A stretch of 64,000 bases of DNA from Deltaproteobacteria bacterium (GCA_016937155.1 JAFGWM010000032.1:11902-75901); one strand, 5' to 3'. Positions 40,608 through 50,329 are shown, counted from the first letter of the stretch. A program made the numbers and translations. Notes: generated from the letters alone by a model not told the origin.

Positions 40608-41522
40608 ATGGAAATAAAAAAAATAGTAAATGAACTTAATATATCCTTTCCTGATATGAAAATTATTGAAGATTTTGATATGTCACAGGTAAGTTCATAT
40701 AAAACAGGGGGGAAATCGGAGGTATCGGTATTTCCCCGTGATTCCGAACAGATTTCACAGATAATCAGATTTTTGAATGATAGAGACGTGAATCCTTTAG
40801 TTTTAGGAGGGTGTACCAATATACTGGTTTCAGACAGAGGGATCAGTGGAGTAACAATTTTTTTATCCGGCCTGAATAATTTTCAGATAAATGAAACAGA
40901 ATTGAAAGTGTCAGCTGGAATATCATCCAGTAAATTGTCAGATATTGCTCTTGAAAATCAATTATCCGGTCTGGAATTTCTTTCAGGTCTTCCAGGGTTT
41001 GTTGGAGGAGCAGCATATATGAATGCAAGGGCATTTGGTTCTGAGATGGGGAATGTTATTTCCACGGCTGTGGTGGTGAATAAAAAAGGGGATATCTTTA
41101 CCAGAAAATGTTTTCCTTCAGAATTCTCTTATAAATCAAGTCCTTTCAGGAAAGAGGAGTTAATTGTTGTTTCTTTGGATTTTAACCTGATCAGGGGTAT
41201 TAAAGAGGATATCCGTGAGAAAATGGAAAATAATCGTAATCACAGGATAAAGAATGGAGAAAACATGTTTCCATCATGTGGTTGCGTTTTTAAAAATTCA
41301 TCAGAATACAGTGCTGGCAGATTGATTGATTCGTGTCAACTTAAGGGCTTTGTTATGGGCAATATAAAAGTCTCTCCTCTTCACGCAAATTTTATTGTTT
41401 ACGAAAAGAACGCCACTTCCTCGGAAATAAGATCTCTTATGAGTTTTGTAAGAAAAAAAGTCCTTGATGATACCGGGTTTCTTATGGATTATGAGGTTGA
41501 ATTTGTGGGGGACTGGGATTGA
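40608..41522 (+). CDS. murB: UDP-N-acetylenolpyruvoylglucosamine reductase
   Basis: YKTGG, LGGCTNILVSD, GLEFLSGLPGFVGGAAYMNARAFG, SCGCVFKN, HANFIV. Confidence 0.93.
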   Translation: MEIKKIVNELNISFPDMKIIEDFDMSQVSSYKTGGKSEVSVFPRDSEQISQIIRFLNDRDVNPLVLGGCTNILVSDRGISGVTIFLSGLNNFQINETELKVSAGISSSKLSDIALENQLSGLEFLSGLPGFVGGAAYMNARAFGSEMGNVISTAVVVNKKGDIFTRKCFPSEFSYKSSPFRKEELIVVSLDFNLIRGIKEDIREKMENNRNHRIKNGENMFPSCGCVFKNSSEYSAGRLIDSCQLKGFVMGNIKVSPLHANFIVYEKNATSSEIRSLMSFVRKKVLDDTGFLMDYEVEFVGDWD

Positions 41523-41584
41523 TGCATAATATATTTGATTTTATGTTTGTTGCTCAGGTGATGAAATCGGAGTATAGAAACTGA

Positions 41585-42175
41585 ATGTTCAGGTATGTTC
41601 TGATTTATTTTATTTTATTTTCAGGTTGTTTCACAACTGTGGCATATTCTCCAAATGCCTCTGCTCAGGGAATTACCAGACGTTTTTCCTTTGGCGCCGG
41701 GACTCAACTTGGGTTTGGAGATCAGGCAGTGGTTGGGATACTGGGCAGTGCAAGGTTTATGGGTGTAGCTGGATTTGATCTTGAGTATGATTTCAATAGA
41801 GTTACTTCAACTCCACCTAGGAATCCCCGGGAAATCAATGCGCTGCATTTTGTTCCTAATCTAAAACTTTCCGGAGCTGTTTATTTCTTTCGAAAAAGAA
41901 GATATGCAACCTATGCACTGGGCGGAATCGGTATTGATATGGGAGCCGATTATAACCGTTCCAATTTATTTACCGGTGCTGCTGTTGAATTTACCTTTCT
42001 GAAAAACACTCTTACGCTGAATGTTGGTCTGAGATTTTATTTTCCACGTCCTGTGGATGTTGAAAAACAAAGAGAGCGTCTGGTTATGGATGGAACTCCG
42101 GTTCTTCCTTCTTATACAGATTATTATAATTTTGATACCTATCAACTGTTTATCTCCTTACGATACTATTATTGA
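41585..42175 (+). CDS. Putative small outer-membrane beta-barrel protein
   Basis: Signal peptide, alternating amphipathic beta-strands, aromatic C-terminus FISLRYYY. Confidence 0.6.
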   Translation: MFRYVLIYFILFSGCFTTVAYSPNASAQGITRRFSFGAGTQLGFGDQAVVGILGSARFMGVAGFDLEYDFNRVTSTPPRNPREINALHFVPNLKLSGAVYFFRKRRYATYALGGIGIDMGADYNRSNLFTGAAVEFTFLKNTLTLNVGLRFYFPRPVDVEKQRERLVMDGTPVLPSYTDYYNFDTYQLFISLRYYY

Positions 42176-42239
42176 AAACGAGATAAAGAATTTCTATTAT
42201 TTCAGAAGGCTTAAGCAGAATGTCTGAAATACATTTAAT

Positions 42240-42267
42240 TTGACACTGAAGCGTATTTGCGTAAAGT
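42240..42267 (+). promoter_or_regulatory. Sigma70-like promoter for the romX-rluD-pgeF operon
   Basis: TTGACA-N16-TAAAGT, the same hexamers and spacing as upstream of thiC. Confidence 0.4.
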
Positions 42268-42317
42268 TGGATTGTTGACTGAATTCAAAGTAACTCTTAC
42301 TTCATGTGTGGTGTAAT

Positions 42318-42584
42318 ATGATTAAAAAATTTGATAATCCCGATCGTGCCCGGAGATATGCGAAAACTGTAGCTTCAGATATAAAGCTCTACAACATGAA
42401 GGTTCTTGAAAAAGCTATTATGGAAGATAATGTTTTTGAAGCTTTAGGTGATCAGATCAATGAGGCAAGGGAAATATTTAAAGGAAAAGTAACTGATGAG
42501 ATTTTTCAGATGAATATTCTGGATCGTGTTCTTGTTGATGTTCTTTTATATGAAATGCGACATGTAAAATCGCCCATATGGTAA
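42318..42584 (+). CDS. romX: RomX-like polarity protein (subunit of the RomR/RomX GEF for MglA)
   Basis: 88 aa; ARRYAKTVASDIKLYN...DNVFE...HVKSPIW resembles Myxococcus RomX as I recall it (ARAIASDISLYN...HVKSKIW); lies upstream of rluD. Confidence 0.75.
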   Translation: MIKKFDNPDRARRYAKTVASDIKLYNMKVLEKAIMEDNVFEALGDQINEAREIFKGKVTDEIFQMNILDRVLVDVLLYEMRHVKSPIW

Positions 42585-43552
42585 TGCCCTCCGAAGAAAA
42601 TTTCAGTTGTTCCGAAACTGAGCCGGTGTTTTTTGATTGCGTTGGGGGTGGAGTAAGACTTGATAGATATCTTGTTGAAAATGTTGATGAAAGCAGGGAA
42701 AAAATCAAGGAAAGTATTGTTGAAGGGTTAACTCTGGTTAATGGTGTAAGAGTAAAACCATCATACAAAATAAAAAAGGGAGATTCTATTTCCTTTATTC
42801 CTGTTCCTCCTCCTCTTACGACTGCAATTCCTGAGAATATTCCGCTTAAAATAGTATACAGTGATGAAAGTCTCGTTGTGGTTGACAAGGAAGCTGGAAT
42901 GGTCGTTCATCCCGCTCCTGGTCATGAAACCGGTACACTTGTAAACGCCCTTCTGGGAATGAAATTTTTTAGAGTAGAAGAAGGAGATCTCAGACCCGGT
43001 ATTGTTCACAGGATTGATATGGATACAAGTGGTTTACTGGTTGTGAGCAGGACGGATACAGCCAGAGACTATTTTGTCAGTCTTTTCAAGGAACACAATA
43101 TAGTCAGGGAGTACACAGCTCTTGTTTTCGGGATAATGGATTCCTTAGAGGGAACATTTTCCTCTCTTCATGGAAGAAATCCCGGAAACAGATTCATGTT
43201 TTCAAGTCTCGTGAAATCTGGAAAAAAAGCTGTTACTCATTACAGGGTTATTGAGACATATGGAGATCAGGCTTCACTTTTAAAGGTGACTCTGGAAACT
43301 GGAAGAACACATCAGATCAGGGTTCATTTTTATGATAACAGCCACCCTTTACTTGGAGATAAACTTTATCGGAGGAATAACAACTTTCTTATTGCAAGAA
43401 GTGCTTCTGAAAGACTTGGGAGACAGGCTTTACATGCATCAAAACTCGGTTTCATCCATCCTGTAACAGGTGAAGAAATTATTTTTGAATCAGATCTCCC
43501 TCAGGATATGGCAGAAACAATTGAATTCTTAAGAAGAGAGATTTACCAGTGA
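42578..43552 (+). CDS. rluD: 23S rRNA pseudouridine synthase RluD
   Basis: S4 domain, KEAGMVVHPAPGH, RPGIVHRIDMDTSG, TGRTHQIRVH, RQALHA; followed by pgeF. Confidence 0.92.
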   Translation: MVMPSEENFSCSETEPVFFDCVGGGVRLDRYLVENVDESREKIKESIVEGLTLVNGVRVKPSYKIKKGDSISFIPVPPPLTTAIPENIPLKIVYSDESLVVVDKEAGMVVHPAPGHETGTLVNALLGMKFFRVEEGDLRPGIVHRIDMDTSGLLVVSRTDTARDYFVSLFKEHNIVREYTALVFGIMDSLEGTFSSLHGRNPGNRFMFSSLVKSGKKAVTHYRVIETYGDQASLLKVTLETGRTHQIRVHFYDNSHPLLGDKLYRRNNNFLIARSASERLGRQALHASKLGFIHPVTGEEIIFESDLPQDMAETIEFLRREIYQ

Positions 43553-44319
43553 AACATTCGGTCATTTTTGAGAGATTTACAGTTTTTCCTGATTTTATCA
43601 ATGCTGTTACAACAACCAGACTTGGTGGAGTCAGCGAAAAACCATGGGATACCGCAAATATGCAGTATAGACATGGTGATACAAAAGAGAATGTGATTGA
43701 AAACAGAAATCGTGTTCTTGATGCAGCAATGTTTAAATCCAATGATATTTTTTTTGTTAATCAAATTCATGGAACAGATATTGTATGTGCTGATCAGAAA
43801 ACCCCTGAGGAAACCTACAATATTGACGCTGATGGTATTTATACCACTGAAGTGAACAAAATATGTGGAGTATATACAGCTGACTGTATTCCTCTGATTT
43901 TATCAACACCATCAATAGTTGGCGCTTTTCATTGTGGTTGGAGATCCATCGCCAAGGGGATTGTAAAAAAAGCTGTGAATATTTATAAAAATAATTATGG
44001 AGTTATATCAGAAGAAATTTTTGCTGCTACAGGTGCAGGAATAAGCCTCTGTTGTTTTGAAACAGGAATGGAGGTTGTAGAAATATTTGAAAAACTTGGT
44101 TACAGCGCATTTGTTCAGGATGTTGGAAAAAAAGAAAAAATGCACATAGATCTTCAGGGAATTATCCAAAATCAACTCGTTGAAGCTGGAGTTGTACCGA
44201 AAAACATCAGTATATCGGATGAATGTACCTATTGTGGTAATAATAAATATTTTTCCTATCGAAGAAATGGTTGGCCTACAGGGCAGATGATGAGTATTAT
44301 AGCTCGTGAAGAAAAGTGA
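43549..44319 (+). CDS. pgeF: Peptidoglycan editing factor PgeF (YfiH)
   Basis: TTRLGGVS, QIHG, ADG, TADCIP, HCGWRS, CT, FSYRR. Confidence 0.92.
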   Translation: MKHSVIFERFTVFPDFINAVTTTRLGGVSEKPWDTANMQYRHGDTKENVIENRNRVLDAAMFKSNDIFFVNQIHGTDIVCADQKTPEETYNIDADGIYTTEVNKICGVYTADCIPLILSTPSIVGAFHCGWRSIAKGIVKKAVNIYKNNYGVISEEIFAATGAGISLCCFETGMEVVEIFEKLGYSAFVQDVGKKEKMHIDLQGIIQNQLVEAGVVPKNISISDECTYCGNNKYFSYRRNGWPTGQMMSIIAREEK

Positions 44320-44327
44320 GACAGGGT

Positions 44328-45023
44328 ATGACAGAGGAAAATAAAAAATCGAAAAATTCAGATGATGTTTCATTGCAGGAAAAGAAGAATAATATTCTGT
44401 GGGATATTATCAAAGCAATAATGAAAAATACGTGGGGAATGAGAATAAGTCTGGGTATGTTAGGTTTTTTACTCTTCATTATTGGATATTTTATGGGCAA
44501 CTGGGGGACGTCCCACCTGGAGTCGGAAATAAAAAACAGAGAATCAGATGTTGTTCAATGCAAGAGGGAAAAAAATCAACTGAAGGATCAGTTGCAAAAA
44601 ACAGAAAATGAGAAAACAAAACTTCATATGAAGCTTTCAGAAAGTAAAGAAAAAATTAATTTTATACAGCAAAGAGAAAAAATTCGCAAACCATTGAGTC
44701 AGGCGTTAATAAGCTGGAAAAATAAAAAATCAAAGGATACTGTGGAAAAAATATATGCTTCATTAATAAATCTAAAACAGGAATCAAAAAATTCCATGGG
44801 GCTATCAAAGTTTTTTTACAAAACCACAATCAGCAGACTTAACAGAGCCATCGTTTTGATAAATAATGGCTGTACTGATACAGAGAAAAAACTCAATTCT
44901 GATGATGAAACTTCTAAAAAAAATGAAAATTCTGAAAATAATCTGAAAGAGGTGGAATGTCACAACAGAATTGCAGAGATTCTATCAAGTGCACTAGATG
45001 TTCTTCCTCCTCCAAAGGATTAA
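44328..45023 (+). CDS. Hypothetical membrane-anchored coiled-coil protein
   Basis: One TM helix then a K/E heptad region; alternative GTG start at 44316. Confidence 0.65.
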   Translation: MTEENKKSKNSDDVSLQEKKNNILWDIIKAIMKNTWGMRISLGMLGFLLFIIGYFMGNWGTSHLESEIKNRESDVVQCKREKNQLKDQLQKTENEKTKLHMKLSESKEKINFIQQREKIRKPLSQALISWKNKKSKDTVEKIYASLINLKQESKNSMGLSKFFYKTTISRLNRAIVLINNGCTDTEKKLNSDDETSKKNENSENNLKEVECHNRIAEILSSALDVLPPPKD

Positions 45024-45024
45024 A

Positions 45025-48000
45025 ATGATGAAGTTTTTTGTTACAATTATTTCTACAGTAATTCTTCTGGGACCTAATTATTCACTGGCCTGGAAGGTTA
45101 AACGAAATCAGTTTAATCCTGCAATGATATCACGATACAAAGGAATGCTTTCCTCTGCACCGGATGATGGCTTTGCTTTTCGTAAACTTGTGGGCCTTTA
45201 TACAACATATTCAAGTATGGATGCACTGATAATAGAGTATCGTCGTGCTTTAAAAAGAGACCCTGAAAATTACAGTCTCAATGTTGTGATTGGGCGTCTT
45301 TATTTGAAAATAGATAGGTTTGATGAAGCTGTTTCCCATCTGGAAAAAGCTCAGAAAAAAGATCCGGCAAGGTTTGAATCTTATAAAAATCTTGGAAATG
45401 TATTTGTCAGAAAAAGAAAGTTTATAAAAGCAAAGGGATATCTCGATAAGGCTCTCTCCCGCGTTAAGGGAAAAGTAATCAGGCAGAGACTTCTGAAGGA
45501 GCTTGTCAGACTTACGGTTATTGGGGGTGATATAAAAAATGGTGTCAGGTATTTTGACATGCTTTTAGCTCTACGCCCCGGGGATTTTCAGACAAGATGG
45601 GATTTCGCCTCACTTCTTGTACAGGGAATGCATTTCGAAAAAGCCATGAAGCAGTATAAAAAGTTGTACACTATGTCTTATGGTGATTCACGGCGAAAAG
45701 TGGAAATTCTTAAAGCGATGGGAGATACATCCGAAAGGATGGGAGAAGATAAAAAAGCTGTAAAAACTTACTGGAAAGCTATGAGTATGACGGCAAGTGG
45801 TCACTGGATACGAAGAGAACTCGTAAATAAACTGGTGAGTATTTCCCGAAGAAGAGACGAGCTTCATCTGCTGATAAATGATTTTAAAAGAAGATGGGGT
45901 AAACCAACAGGTTTTCAGTATTCCATAATGGCCAAAATATACGGCGAAATAGGGCAGTTTGATAAGGCTGCGGAACTATATCGGAGGGCTATCCGAAATG
46001 AACCTTCAAATGTTGATTATCGTTCTGAATTAATTGCTCTCCTTGAAAAAAGCGGGGCATCTCCAGAAGTTATAATCAGAGAACAGAAAGCTCTGGCGGA
46101 TGCTGCTCCCGGACAGATAAAGTTTTCAATAGAACTTGCCAAACGATATGAAAAAGCCGGAAATAAAAATAAAGCCCTTAGTATAACCCGTAATTTACTC
46201 GCTAAAAATCCTTCAGATGCAGGTCTTTATCTTGCTTTAGCTGATCTGTATGCTCAATGGAATAAACCAGATAAAGTAATAAAAATGTATGAAAAACTGG
46301 TTGTGCTTGAACCTTTGGATTATGAACATTACGTCAATCTGGGACAGCAGTACTGGGGAAGAGGTAAAAGAAAAAAAGCGATTTCAACCTGGAAAAAGAT
46401 TCTTAAAAAAGGAATGTTCCCTGTAAAAGAGGATGGATTTTTTATCATTTCGGGTCTTTTTCTAGAGACCCAGCAGTTTAATGAAGCCAAGAACTACGTT
46501 GAAATGGCAATTTCCGGGAATCCCCAAAATACGAAATATCTGTTTTTAAGATCACAGGTTGAAATAAAACTTAGACAACCGGAAAAAGCTCTTCTTACGC
46601 TGGAAAAAGCGTTGAAAATAAGTCTGAAGAGCAATGATGTGGTTACTGTTAAAAAAATCAGGAAAAATCTTCTTAAATTATGGAAAGATATGGGAGTTCT
46701 GGAAAAGAAACTTTCTGAAAGACTTCGAAAATGGAGAACCTCGAACATCTCTCAGGGAATGTTTCTAGCTGAGGGGTTTACAACTGCTGGAAATGTAACT
46801 AGGGCAGAAAAAATTTATTTGAGGATGAGAAAAGCAAATGGAGCAATGAGTGAACCACTATTGGGATTGATTTCACTTTATGAATCAATTGGAAAGTATG
46901 GTGCACTGATAAAACTTCTGGAAGAAGCTGTGAAACTCATACCTCATCGTGCGAGGGATTTTTATGAGCAACTGAGCAATACGTGGGCAATTCTTGGAAA
47001 TGATATTAAAGCCAGACAATATCTTCGTAAAGCTCTTGAAAAAGGTGCTAGGGATTCCAAGTCATGGGCAAAAGCAGGAGATCTTGCAATCAAACTTGAG
47101 GATTACCGAGGTGCAATAAAAGCTTTTCTGGAAGCCATACGTCTTGATCCTTATGAAATGGATTATTATTTTTCGCTGGCCAGTTTATACGTACAGTTAG
47201 CTGAAGTAACCAGTGCATCAAAGGTGTATTACTCAGTCATCAGTAGATCAAGTGAAGATGACCTTGTTGAGAAGGCTGCCAGAGCTGCCTGTGATCTTGA
47301 TGAACTTACAGGAAATCTGGGAAAGCTAGAGAAAGTTCTTCATCCTCTTTCATTTGTTTATGCACACAGAAGTGTTTTCGGGAAAATGCTTCTGGAAGTT
47401 TATAAAAGATATGTTCCCTGGCTTTACAGTCAAATCAGGAATTCAACTTCTATTAAGGAAAAGAAATACTTAACCAGAGAAATTCATAGATTGAGAACCA
47501 GAGCCTTAAAGCCTCTTCTCGAGAGCCTTACCGGAGAGGAATCTCTTGCAGATAAAGAGATTGCAAGATCTCTTCTTGCACAGTTGGGAAATCCAAATAG
47601 TGCAGTGCCTATTATCAGACTGGCAAAAAGAATGTTTGAACAGGGTAATAAGAAAAATATACAGGGTAAACCGACAAAACTGAGTTCAGGTGAAAAGGAT
47701 TTTATTCGCAAGTCTGTTTATATTGCCAGTGAATTTAAAACAAATGAGATTTCCAGAGAACTGAAATTTTTTGCATCTCAGGAAACTGATAAAGTGATAC
47801 AGGTTATTGCTCTCAGAGGATTATCTCTGATAAATACTTCACCCTCCTGGTTTGCAACGTTTCTAAATAAATATCCAAGTGTTTCACATGCGACCGCAGG
47901 ATGTGCTGTTGCCGCAAGAGAAAAACGATATCATAGTAAAATTTATTCAATTATCAGGGATACAAAAATTCCGCCCATGATAAGAATAGGTTGTATGAAG

Positions 48001-49068
48001 GGTATAATTGCCTATGGTGATTCTTCAAAAAACTCTGAGTTGATGAAAATAATTTCAGATACAGATCCTGATTACTACATTCGAAAAAATACTGAGAAAC
48101 TATTGAGTTTTGTTATTGGTAAAAAAGATCTTCCATTTTTAATAAGTCATTATTTGAACGAAAAAAATGAAAGTAAATCACGTTGGCTTAGAGGAATTCT
48201 GGAGACTTCAGGAGTAATAAAATCTGCCCAAAAAAATTTGCAGTTAGGACTTGATTTTAATTCATCATCCCTTGAGTCTGAGGTCTTTAATCTGATTAAA
48301 TCTCAGACGGGCAAAAAACTGATTGAACATGGTAATTTTATTAATATTTCAGGAAAAATTCAATCAGTCAGGCTGATTACGGAAATTGTTGAAAAATCCC
48401 ATCGAAACTGTCCGGATTTGACTGGATATTTAAATCTTATGGAAAAGCAACTGACATCGAAGAATTTAAAAAATTTTATTTCCATTTGGAATGATGATCT
48501 AAGTTTAAGGGGTATGGATCGTATATGCAACAGTGATACAAGAAAGTATGGAATCCAGTTATGGAATAAAATGAGGAAACAAATAATTTCCAGTATTTAT
48601 ATTTCAGAGTGGTCAGTGAAAAGACGACTGTTTTTAAGTGACCTGGTTTCCGGCAATATTACTCTCATGCAGTTTGTAAACTCCAATGAAAGTATTATGT
48701 TTAAAAAAAGTGTACTGACATCATTGGGATATATAAAGTCTGATTATAAAACAGGTGGTTTCTCCGGATTAAAAAATACACCACCTGAATTGAAATTTAT
48801 TGTTTATAAACTTTATCTCGCAAAGAACTTTGACAGAAAAATTGTTGAGCAAATTCTTAAGGGAGAAGATTTCCCACTTTCTATTGCAGTAATGGAAATG
48901 ATTTCAGAAAGGAAAAGAGGTTTTGATCTTCTGCAGGGAGTTTTATCAGGAAATTCTACCACCCTTGCAACCAAAGCTTATGAAATCCTGAAAAAGAACA
49001 ATAAAAAAGAGCTGTTGTTAAAAGTATCACCAAAACAGATATATTTTCTTGAATCATTAAAGAATTAA
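45025..49068 (+). CDS. Large secreted TPR/HEAT-repeat protein
   Basis: Signal peptide from ATG 45025, roughly 800 aa of TPR-like repeats, HEAT-like C-terminal region. Confidence 0.85.
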   Translation: MMKFFVTIISTVILLGPNYSLAWKVKRNQFNPAMISRYKGMLSSAPDDGFAFRKLVGLYTTYSSMDALIIEYRRALKRDPENYSLNVVIGRLYLKIDRFDEAVSHLEKAQKKDPARFESYKNLGNVFVRKRKFIKAKGYLDKALSRVKGKVIRQRLLKELVRLTVIGGDIKNGVRYFDMLLALRPGDFQTRWDFASLLVQGMHFEKAMKQYKKLYTMSYGDSRRKVEILKAMGDTSERMGEDKKAVKTYWKAMSMTASGHWIRRELVNKLVSISRRRDELHLLINDFKRRWGKPTGFQYSIMAKIYGEIGQFDKAAELYRRAIRNEPSNVDYRSELIALLEKSGASPEVIIREQKALADAAPGQIKFSIELAKRYEKAGNKNKALSITRNLLAKNPSDAGLYLALADLYAQWNKPDKVIKMYEKLVVLEPLDYEHYVNLGQQYWGRGKRKKAISTWKKILKKGMFPVKEDGFFIISGLFLETQQFNEAKNYVEMAISGNPQNTKYLFLRSQVEIKLRQPEKALLTLEKALKISLKSNDVVTVKKIRKNLLKLWKDMGVLEKKLSERLRKWRTSNISQGMFLAEGFTTAGNVTRAEKIYLRMRKANGAMSEPLLGLISLYESIGKYGALIKLLEEAVKLIPHRARDFYEQLSNTWAILGNDIKARQYLRKALEKGARDSKSWAKAGDLAIKLEDYRGAIKAFLEAIRLDPYEMDYYFSLASLYVQLAEVTSASKVYYSVISRSSEDDLVEKAARAACDLDELTGNLGKLEKVLHPLSFVYAHRSVFGKMLLEVYKRYVPWLYSQIRNSTSIKEKKYLTREIHRLRTRALKPLLESLTGEESLADKEIARSLLAQLGNPNSAVPIIRLAKRMFEQGNKKNIQGKPTKLSSGEKDFIRKSVYIASEFKTNEISRELKFFASQETDKVIQVIALRGLSLINTSPSWFATFLNKYPSVSHATAGCAVAAREKRYHSKIYSIIRDTKIPPMIRIGCMKGIIAYGDSSKNSELMKIISDTDPDYYIRKNTEKLLSFVIGKKDLPFLISHYLNEKNESKSRWLRGILETSGVIKSAQKNLQLGLDFNSSSLESEVFNLIKSQTGKKLIEHGNFINISGKIQSVRLITEIVEKSHRNCPDLTGYLNLMEKQLTSKNLKNFISIWNDDLSLRGMDRICNSDTRKYGIQLWNKMRKQIISSIYISEWSVKRRLFLSDLVSGNITLMQFVNSNESIMFKKSVLTSLGYIKSDYKTGGFSGLKNTPPELKFIVYKLYLAKNFDRKIVEQILKGEDFPLSIAVMEMISERKRGFDLLQGVLSGNSTTLATKAYEILKKNNKKELLLKVSPKQIYFLESLKN

Positions 49069-50036
49069 AATTCATTTACTTCTGAAAAATGTCTATAAAA
49101 ATTGTAACGTACCAGCAGGTCATGCCAGGATTTTGCAAGTGTACTGGATGAAATTGAAATTTTTCTTCGAGTCTGAGGATGTGACTGAGGATCCGGAATG
49201 ATTATCTGCTGAGCCCACAGGAAGTGGTCAGAAAAACCTTCTGTTTTTTCTCCCCCGTAAATGATATCTCCCACTATAGGTGTTCCAAGATGAGCCAGTT
49301 GAACCCTAATCTGGTGACGCCTTCCAAATTTAGTTACCATTTTTACCAGAGAATGATTTTTAGAGTGATCAATAACTTCCAGATAACTTACACAACGTTT
49401 TCCTTCTGCATCAGAACCCGGATTATATTTCACTCTATCTTTTGAAGACGGATAATTACTTATGGCACCTTCCAGCCAGGTATCTGAACCCGGATGTCCT
49501 GTAACAACGGCATAATATGTTTTTTGTATATGATGATTTGCATAATATTTTCGATAGCGTTCTATTATTTCATGGTTTTTTCCAACTAAAATCAATCCGC
49601 TTGTAAGGTTATCTAGACGATTAATTATTCCTCCTTCTCTAGGGAGTGCAAGTTCTCCAACAAGATCGGGAAGTAATTTTGTTACAGCACCTGCAAGGGA
49701 AGGAAAATCACCTGGATATCTTGGAAGTGTTGGAAGTCCAGGGGGTTTTTCTATAACCATAAAATTAGTTCCATCCATTACAATCTTCAACTCAGGGGCT
49801 TTTTCAACAGATGGGACCCATCCGGAATCATCAGGGGGGATACGGGCAACACAAATAAGAGAATCTTTTTTTATGCGCTGACCTTTCTTAAGACTTTTAC
49901 TGTTCAGAGTGATGTAATTTCTTTCCAGATACAGTTTGATGATCTGGTTTGTAACACCTGGAAAATGTTTTTTTAGAATATCTTCAATACGTTTTCCATG
50001 CTCAGATTCAGATGTAATAAAATTGTTGGATGTCAT
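49065..50036 (-). CDS. RluA-family RNA pseudouridine synthase
   Basis: EKPPGLPT, INRLDNLTSG, KTYYAVV, GRRHQIRVQLAHLGTPIVGD; GGAGGA RBS before ATG 50036. Confidence 0.88.
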   Translation of the reverse strand: MTSNNFITSESEHGKRIEDILKKHFPGVTNQIIKLYLERNYITLNSKSLKKGQRIKKDSLICVARIPPDDSGWVPSVEKAPELKIVMDGTNFMVIEKPPGLPTLPRYPGDFPSLAGAVTKLLPDLVGELALPREGGIINRLDNLTSGLILVGKNHEIIERYRKYYANHHIQKTYYAVVTGHPGSDTWLEGAISNYPSSKDRVKYNPGSDAEGKRCVSYLEVIDHSKNHSLVKMVTKFGRRHQIRVQLAHLGTPIVGDIIYGGEKTEGFSDHFLWAQQIIIPDPQSHPQTRRKISISSSTLAKSWHDLLVRYNFYRHFSEVNEF

Positions 50037-50073
50037 CAAATCCTCCGGATTAAAGGATGATAATAACAAAACT

Positions 50074-50295
50074 AAAAAAAAGAAAGGTAACCCCGGTCCG
50101 GCTCTCGAATAAAATCTACATACTCCGGAGGAGAGGAGAAAAAAGAAGAATCGAGATTGAAGAAGGTAAGAGCCTTCTGGACCGGGGGTAAAGAAGAATT
50201 GAGATTGAGAAGATCAATCGTGCGAAGTTTTTTCTCCTCCGGAGAGAAAATGCAATCGCCAAAGAGTGGATATTTCCACCATCTTCACCCGATAC
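50074..50295 (-). ncRNA. Candidate structured non-coding RNA or cis-regulatory leader of unknown class
   Basis: GC-rich intergenic segment with several stems (CCCCGGUCC/GGACCGGGG; GGGUGAAGA/UCUUUACCC; 12-bp CUCCGGAGGAGA pairing), an upstream promoter and a 3' U8 tract. Confidence 0.55.
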
Positions 50296-50300
50296 TTAAA

Positions 50301-50329
50301 GTTATAGTTATTATTCTACGGTAAGTCAA
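50301..50329 (-). promoter_or_regulatory. Sigma70-like promoter driving the structured RNA
   Basis: Minus strand TTGACT (50329-50324)-N17-TATAAC (50306-50301). Confidence 0.65.

Noticed and set aside
41515-41550. dif-like site (GCATAATATAT...)
   Set aside because: No XerD arm TTATGTTAAAT at the required spacing.
50142-50208. Mini CRISPR array
   Set aside because: Only two 19-nt copies, no cas genes, and the copies are embedded in a larger folded element.
50214-50282. 22-aa minus-strand ORF MVEISTLWRLHFLSGGEKTSHD as a leader peptide
   Set aside because: No convincing RBS or amino-acid run typical of attenuators; cannot be excluded but is unsupported.
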